A stretch of 61,128 bases of DNA from an archaeon (GTDB lineage: Archaea > B1Sed10-29 > WALL01). This document shows, piece after piece, positions 55,452 to 61,128 of this stretch (position 1 is its first letter; each line of letters begins with the position of its first letter). The notes below the pieces were generated by a model. The model worked only from the letters and a program-made list of their open reading frames with translations. It did not search any database and was not told the DNA's origin. The stretch is taken from assembly GCA_042584585.1 (NCBI GenBank), contig JBHOSQ010000007.1:1-61128 (forward strand). The letters are read 5' to 3'. A program made the position numbers and the translations under genes.

Positions 55452-56924
55452 ATGAAACGCGCACAGGGCTCTTTGGAATACTTATTGATTCTCGCGGCTA
55501 TTCTTGCGATTGGCGTGGTAGTGGTTTTGGTGGCGAATTCGCTGCTTGGCGCGCCAGCGGCACAAACGGGGCTGCAGGAAAGCAGGTACGCGTGTGCGAT
55601 TGCCGGCGTTGAATTGATTGGCTACAACGCGGCGTACGAGGGCGCGGAAACTATTGGAGAGACGGGGCCGAGCGCAATTACGTTCACGGACAGCCAAGGA
55701 GTCCAGCAAAGGCTGCAGTACAACAACGGGCTTTTTGTTGAGGAGGACCCCATGGCCTATGGTGATCTTGCGTGCACGATAAACTCTCACACGCTTTACG
55801 TCAACCGTGACAACTTGGCGGCGTATTTGTCCGGCGGGTCACAGCTGTCGCTCACAGACGATGGGCGGCTTTCCCCGGCACAGATAACCGTGGTCACCGG
55901 CGGGGCGGTCGACGGCACACAGATAACACGGGCACAGAAAGACGACATTAACGACGTTATCGCCAGCAAGATTGGGCCGTTTGATGCGGGGGATCTTGAG
56001 GAGTTCGTTGACGAGGATGGGGTGCTGGACGAAGAAGAGACGGGAATTGACATTGAAGAAGACGTGGCGCCGCTTGGGGCTCCGGCATCGCCCGGGCAAT
56101 GCAACAAGTGCTTTATGTTGCAGGGCGGCGTGATTTATTACTCGCTTTACAACAGCGGGGAGTACAACTGTGACACAACAATTGTGTCAAGCTGTAACGA
56201 CATATGCTCACTGGGCGACATGGCCGGAACCGGCAGCAACTGCTACCAAAAGGCCACTGGGTGCAACCTTGACTACTGCACAGACGGCCCATGCGACAAG
56301 GACGGCAAGTGCGAGGCCCAGGAAGAGTCGATGTGGTGCCCAGAGGACTGCTGCGGAGAAACGTACAACAAAGGGCAGTATATGTGCAACCTGAACAGCC
56401 CGCCAAAGTACAACGTGTGCTTGGACAGTGACAACGATGGAAAGCTTGACCATGGGCCGACCCTGTCGTGTGGACCGGGCCAGGAATGCACAATCAACGG
56501 GTGCAGGCCCAAGGGGTGTTTGGACTGCTTCAATAACCAGGGCGGGGTGATGTATCAGTCCCTTTACAGTACCGGGAAATACAACTGCGACACATCAATA
56601 ACCTCGAGCTGCAACGACATATGCTCACTGGGCGACATGGCCGGAACCGGCAGCAACTGCTACCAAAAGGCTGGCGGGTGCTTCTTGGACTATTGCACGG
56701 ACGGGCCGTGCGACAAGGACGGCTACTGTGACAGTGAGGAAGAGTGGATGTGGTGCCCAGAGGACTGCTGCGGAGAAACATACAACAAAGGCCAATACTT
56801 CTGCAGCCTGAACAAGCCAGGCGAGTACAACCAATGCCAAGACGCAAACAAAGACGGCAAGCTCGAATGGGGGCCAACTGGCACATGCCTTGGCAGCAAA
56901 TGCTCAATCTATGGCTGCAGGTAG
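55452..56924 (+). CDS. Class III signal peptide surface protein C: N-module + two tandem 139-aa Cys-rich units
   Basis: MKRA/QGSLEYLLIL; N-module closely matches protein A; duplicated Cys-rich unit. Confidence 0.85.
   Translation: MKRAQGSLEYLLILAAILAIGVVVVLVANSLLGAPAAQTGLQESRYACAIAGVELIGYNAAYEGAETIGETGPSAITFTDSQGVQQRLQYNNGLFVEEDPMAYGDLACTINSHTLYVNRDNLAAYLSGGSQLSLTDDGRLSPAQITVVTGGAVDGTQITRAQKDDINDVIASKIGPFDAGDLEEFVDEDGVLDEEETGIDIEEDVAPLGAPASPGQCNKCFMLQGGVIYYSLYNSGEYNCDTTIVSSCNDICSLGDMAGTGSNCYQKATGCNLDYCTDGPCDKDGKCEAQEESMWCPEDCCGETYNKGQYMCNLNSPPKYNVCLDSDNDGKLDHGPTLSCGPGQECTINGCRPKGCLDCFNNQGGVMYQSLYSTGKYNCDTSITSSCNDICSLGDMAGTGSNCYQKAGGCFLDYCTDGPCDKDGYCDSEEEWMWCPEDCCGETYNKGQYFCSLNKPGEYNQCQDANKDGKLEWGPTGTCLGSKCSIYGCR
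56100..56921 (+). repeat. Intragenic tandem duplication, period 417 nt
   Basis: Identical 59-nt block at 56196-56254 and 56613-56671. Confidence 0.85.
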
Positions 56925-56958
56925 CAATACTTAAATACATAAATCCATTAATAGGTTC

Positions 56959-59490
56959 ATGCGACGTGGACAGGGCTCTCTCGAATACTTAATGGTTTTT
57001 GCGGCGATTTTGGCGATTGCAGTTATTGTGGTGCTTATTGCCAATGCTATGCTTGGCGCGCCATCGGAATCAGCGATTTCGGAGCAGGACAAGGCCAATT
57101 TTGCTTTGGCCGGTTTTGACTTAAGGGGCTACGACAAGCCGTTCGACCCAACTGACCCCAAGACCCTGCCACAGGCGATTGTACAGGGCGATAATACTTA
57201 TCTTTATGAAGACGACTTCGGGGACGACTCCACTAAAATCGGTGAATTGACCGACTCCAGCGGGAACACGCACTGGGTTTGGACCTGGGGCGGAGGCGGC
57301 GGGGGAGGCGGCGGTGGCTACACCGTGAAGCCGCCCACAGTGACTCCTACTCCGGAGCCGCCGACTGACTGCACGATTGACACGGATTGTGCGAGTGGCT
57401 ACTTGTGCGTCGCGGGGACGTGCAAGAAAAAGACTGACTTGAACTGCACTTCGAATGATAATTGCACTGGTGGGGAAAAGTGCGTTGACTACGACTGCGT
57501 GCCAGGGTGCGCCGACAGCATCGTGGACGCGTGGGAAGAGTGCGACCCGCCGGAAAGCGCGTGCACGCCTTTGTACGACAGTGACTGCACGTACTGTGAG
57601 GCGGACTGCACGAACATGACACTAATTGGCAACTACTGCGGCGACGGGACTGTTGAGGACATTGAGGAGTGCGACGGCACTAATTTGGACGAGCAGAACT
57701 GCACTTCGATTGGGTTCGTTGGCGGCGGGGCACTTGGCTGTGCGGACTGCCTGTTCAACACGACGCAGTGTGTCCCGGGGATTTGTGGGAACCTGGCGCT
57801 GGAAGGTGGAGAGGAGTGTGACTGGACCACGCCAAAGAACTGCACGCTGCTTGGGCACGACAACGGGACACTGGACTGCAGTGGATGCAGGTACAACGAG
57901 ACGCAGTGTTACAATTATAGTTGCGGGAACAATCTCCAGGAGCCGGGCGAAGTGTGTGACGGGACTGACACACCGGTCGGTTACGCGTGCGCGGTTGACT
58001 GCGGGAGCGAAGCCACGGTGTGCGGCGATGGCTTTGTCAACGGGACCGAGGAGTGCGACAGCACGGCGTTCTGCACGACGAGCTGTTTGTGCAAGACGGG
58101 TTATGAGTCTGTTAACGACGAGTGTGTTTGTGCTTACACGGAACTAGAGTCGTGGGCGACCGGGTTCACTGGCAGCGCAAGTAACTCCAAGTTCCAGGTC
58201 GACCCGGGCGCGGCTTTCGTGGTTGGAGACTTGGACGGCGACGGCGAGATTGAGATTATTCTCCCGGCTTACGGTGAGGGTAAGGTATACGCGTTCCATT
58301 TGAACGGGACGGAATACTGGTCGAATTCCCACGATGGCTCCTACAATTCCGACACTATGCCTGCCGTGGGAGACATTGATGACGACGGCGACCTTGAAGT
58401 TGTTTACGCGGCATGGAGTGGGAGCCTGTACGTATGGAACGGCGATGGGAGCAAGTTCTCTTCGGCGTGGCCGAAGAGCATTAAGCCGTATTACTGGCCG
58501 GTGCTTGGCGACGTTGACGGCGACGGTGATTTGGAAATTGCGGTGTCTGTCTCGGACGGGGTGGAGGTTTACCACCACACTGGCACGGCGCTGGCGAACT
58601 GGCCCAAGCAATTCAGCCTAAATAACCCAACGAACAATAATGTTGCGAACGCGAACTACAAGGCGCCGGCAATTGGTGACCTTGATGGCGACGGCGAAGT
58701 GGAGATCGTCATGACATCGACTCTGTGGATTGGCGCCATCCACGCGAACGGCACCCAAATGAGTGGCTGGCCGCCGAAGTACGGCAGTTCCTCAACAAGC
58801 TACTCACTAAGGAGCCAGCCGGTGATTGCCAATATTGACGGCGACGCTGGCCTGGAAGTGCTGGCGGGCGACGGGAGCTCGAAGATTATCCAAACAACGC
58901 CTTTCCAGAAATCCGACTACTTCGGGCAAGTTTACGCGTGGAACCCTGACGGCAGTAGGGTGACTGGCTGGCCGAAGGACACAAGCTGGTGGATGGAAGT
59001 GGGCCCGGTTGTGGCTGACCTTGACGGCGACGGGATGGCCGAGGTAATGGCCATCACGTACACCAATGGCCATCTGTTGGCCTGGCACGGGAACGGCAGT
59101 GTGGCGAGCGGGTGGAACAAAGACCAGATGCCTGTTTTCCAGCCTTATGCGGTTTCGACCGGCGACATTGACGGCGACGGCGACCTTGAAGTGCTTTCGC
59201 ACCAGGCGCGGTGGGTAAACGGCCGGTGGAAATTAGGCGTAAGCGCGTGGCACCACGACGGGACTGACGTGGACGGCTGGCCTAAAGTTACTGGCAAGGA
59301 CGGGGGCATCCCGGTTGTGCTGTATGACGTGGACGATGACTTCGCGGTCGAAGTGCTGGCGGTTACCGAGGACGGGAACGTGTATGTCTGGGACACTTGT
59401 GCCGGCGGCGGGATTACGCAGATTGGCAGCGGCATCTCTGGAGACGTAGTGACCGGGCCCGGCTCACCGAGCGGACCCATTCAGTTCTAG
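56959..59490 (+). CDS. Class III signal peptide surface protein D: divergent N-module, poly-Gly hinge, Cys repeats, FG-GAP/VCBS propeller
   Basis: MRRG/QGSLEYLMVFAAILAI; CGDG..EECDG repeats; eight D(L/I/V)DGDG-like motifs with GWP turns. Confidence 0.85.
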   Translation: MRRGQGSLEYLMVFAAILAIAVIVVLIANAMLGAPSESAISEQDKANFALAGFDLRGYDKPFDPTDPKTLPQAIVQGDNTYLYEDDFGDDSTKIGELTDSSGNTHWVWTWGGGGGGGGGGYTVKPPTVTPTPEPPTDCTIDTDCASGYLCVAGTCKKKTDLNCTSNDNCTGGEKCVDYDCVPGCADSIVDAWEECDPPESACTPLYDSDCTYCEADCTNMTLIGNYCGDGTVEDIEECDGTNLDEQNCTSIGFVGGGALGCADCLFNTTQCVPGICGNLALEGGEECDWTTPKNCTLLGHDNGTLDCSGCRYNETQCYNYSCGNNLQEPGEVCDGTDTPVGYACAVDCGSEATVCGDGFVNGTEECDSTAFCTTSCLCKTGYESVNDECVCAYTELESWATGFTGSASNSKFQVDPGAAFVVGDLDGDGEIEIILPAYGEGKVYAFHLNGTEYWSNSHDGSYNSDTMPAVGDIDDDGDLEVVYAAWSGSLYVWNGDGSKFSSAWPKSIKPYYWPVLGDVDGDGDLEIAVSVSDGVEVYHHTGTALANWPKQFSLNNPTNNNVANANYKAPAIGDLDGDGEVEIVMTSTLWIGAIHANGTQMSGWPPKYGSSSTSYSLRSQPVIANIDGDAGLEVLAGDGSSKIIQTTPFQKSDYFGQVYAWNPDGSRVTGWPKDTSWWMEVGPVVADLDGDGMAEVMAITYTNGHLLAWHGNGSVASGWNKDQMPVFQPYAVSTGDIDGDGDLEVLSHQARWVNGRWKLGVSAWHHDGTDVDGWPKVTGKDGGIPVVLYDVDDDFAVEVLAVTEDGNVYVWDTCAGGGITQIGSGISGDVVTGPGSPSGPIQF

Positions 59491-59534
59491 CAAAGGCGAT
59501 ACCTTTTTAAGCCAAGCTAGAGTATTCTGGATTG

Positions 59535-60752
59535 ATGCGGAAAATAGAGGTAGCCGTGCCCAAGGGAAAAGGCAAGTGGATTGCCTTTCGTGCCGAGAAG
59601 GCCGGTGCCAACGACGTTATTATTCTTGAGTCCCACGGCCCTGGGGCCAACAGGGAGCTTGTGACGATTACGGCCAACGAAAAAGCCGTGGACGCGATAA
59701 TCAAGAGCATCTCGGAATACGAGGACAAGAAAGGCATCAGGCCCGACATCAGGATTTGGAAGGCCGAAGAGCCGTTCGCGCAGGTCGAGAAGGAAGGCAA
59801 AGAAGAAAGGCGCATTCCGTTCGAGGAACTGAAGGCGCACGCGTACGAGTCCTCGTCGATTGACATTACTTACCTGTTATTGTGTATACTGTCAGGATTG
59901 TTGGCGGCACTGGGCTTGCTCCAGAACAGCGCGATTGTGGTTATTGGAGCCATGATAATCGCGCCACTATTGAGGCCGATTACCACGTCGTCGCTGGGGA
60001 CAGTGACCGGTGACCTGCTGATGTTCTGGCGGGGGGTGTCCGCGCTGGTGATAGGGCTTTTGCTGTCGGGAATAATCGTGTTTTTCGCCATGTTCCTGCT
60101 GCCCATGAGCCAGCCTTCAGAGCTGCTGGCGGCCATCAGCAACCTTAGCCTGCTCACGCTCGGAGTTGCGTTCATCTCCGGGATTATAGCGGCGGTGTCT
60201 CTGCTCACAGACCTCAACGAAGCCCTCGCAGGCGTCGCCATCTCGGTGTCGCTCATGCCTCCGGCGGCCGCGTTGTCCATCAACGTGTTCTTCGCCATGT
60301 TCGGAATAGTCGACTTCAGCGTCGCCATGACCACGCTGCTCGTGCTGATGGTGAACATCATCAGCATAGACATTGGGAGCGCGGTCGTGTTCTACGCTTA
60401 CGGCGTGGCGCCCAAGAAACAGGAAAAGAAGTTCTTGTCCACCCACCTCAAGATTGCAGTGGTGCTGCTGTTCATGCTCAGCCTTCCCTTCGCATACACA
60501 AGCCTCGTGTCCTACCAGAACTCGCAGGCGGAAGTGATCATCCGTGAGGCGGTCAACACCGAGGCAGCGCTCGCGGGCGGAAAAGTCGAGAGGCTGGACA
60601 TACTGTTCGACCCCATCCTGGTTGATGTGAAAATAGTTTCCACGATGCCGCCGCCGGATGGGTACAAGGAAATGGTGGAAAGCCGGATAGAAATGTTCCT
60701 CGGGCAAGGCGTCAGCGTTAGGCTTACCTATGTCCAAGCCGAAGCGGTATAG
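59535..60752 (+). CDS. TIGR00341/DUF389 membrane protein
   Basis: GLLQNSAIVVIGAMIIAPLL, AGVAISVSLMPP. Confidence 0.88.
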   Translation: MRKIEVAVPKGKGKWIAFRAEKAGANDVIILESHGPGANRELVTITANEKAVDAIIKSISEYEDKKGIRPDIRIWKAEEPFAQVEKEGKEERRIPFEELKAHAYESSSIDITYLLLCILSGLLAALGLLQNSAIVVIGAMIIAPLLRPITTSSLGTVTGDLLMFWRGVSALVIGLLLSGIIVFFAMFLLPMSQPSELLAAISNLSLLTLGVAFISGIIAAVSLLTDLNEALAGVAISVSLMPPAAALSINVFFAMFGIVDFSVAMTTLLVLMVNIISIDIGSAVVFYAYGVAPKKQEKKFLSTHLKIAVVLLFMLSLPFAYTSLVSYQNSQAEVIIREAVNTEAALAGGKVERLDILFDPILVDVKIVSTMPPPDGYKEMVESRIEMFLGQGVSVRLTYVQAEAV

Positions 60753-60784
60753 GCTTAAATACCCTGGCTTCGTTATAAACTCAG

Positions 60785-61099
60785 ATGGTGTTTTGCGGAC
60801 TTTGCAAACTAGGCAAGGAGCCAAAGCAAAACTGGTTCATCCAGGAGCACGGAGCTGATTCTCCCGTCAACAAGTTCAAGATTTGTGACGAGTGCGCAGC
60901 CTTGCTCATGCGCGGCATGGCCAAAAAAGTTATGGGCGTAAGGGAAGGGACTTCCCTGCCGGACCCACTCATCATCAGCAAAACAGGCGTCATTGACGAG
61001 ATAGTTCTCAACAACGAAAACGCCCTCGACATCACCATCGCAATCGACATAGGCAAGGCTCGCCGCTGGGTCGAAAAAGAAATCGAAGACACCGAATAG
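60785..61099 (+). CDS. Hypothetical zinc-finger protein
   Basis: CGLC...CDEC; TATA-like motifs upstream. Confidence 0.6.
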   Translation: MVFCGLCKLGKEPKQNWFIQEHGADSPVNKFKICDECAALLMRGMAKKVMGVREGTSLPDPLIISKTGVIDEIVLNNENALDITIAIDIGKARRWVEKEIEDTE

Positions 61100-61128
61100 C
61101 TCACTCTACTTCTAGGTAAGCGGTCGCC

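Noticed and set aside
56100-56921. Diversity-generating retroelement TR/VR pair
   Set aside because: Differences between the two units are not adenine-specific, both copies are in-frame coding, and no reverse transcriptase is present.
61100-61128. 3' end of a minus-strand gene at the right edge
   Set aside because: Too short to support any call.

Overview
Archaeal chromosomal segment, most consistent with a DPANN-type lineage such as Micrarchaeota/Diapherotrites (inference). The archaeal markers are an intron-containing tRNA-Leu, phosphopantothenate synthetase, archaeal-type RibC, cupin-type PGI, NreA, XPD, an aSelB-like protein, class III signal peptides and TATA promoters. It holds about 75 densely packed CDSs and two tRNAs. 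Housekeeping and biosynthetic genes include carAB, ribHC, pdxST, pckG and a DEAD-box helicase. Metal-homeostasis genes are abundant: a CopA/CopZ operon, three ZIP paralogues, and a ferritin-like/VIT1 pair. The most striking element is at 45.5-59.5 kb. Four paralogous surface genes share a class III (pilin-like) signal peptide and a conserved N-terminal module, each fused to a different adhesin-like C-terminal payload, with mosaic DNA similarity between copies. Other notable items: a dispersed 41-bp hairpin repeat with a compensatory change, a pore-less voltage-sensor-like protein, degenerate RelA/SpoT-like and transglutaminase-like orphans, a sensorless histidine kinase, a triple pseudo-palindromic operator at a DUF5320/DUF134 operon, a 23-codon msrA remnant, a probable ATT start for carA, two small ORFs missed by the ORF track, and an inverted 37-nt chimera at the left contig end. 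No CRISPR array, integrase, transposase or reverse transcriptase was seen. All family calls come from motif recognition by eye, not from database searches.
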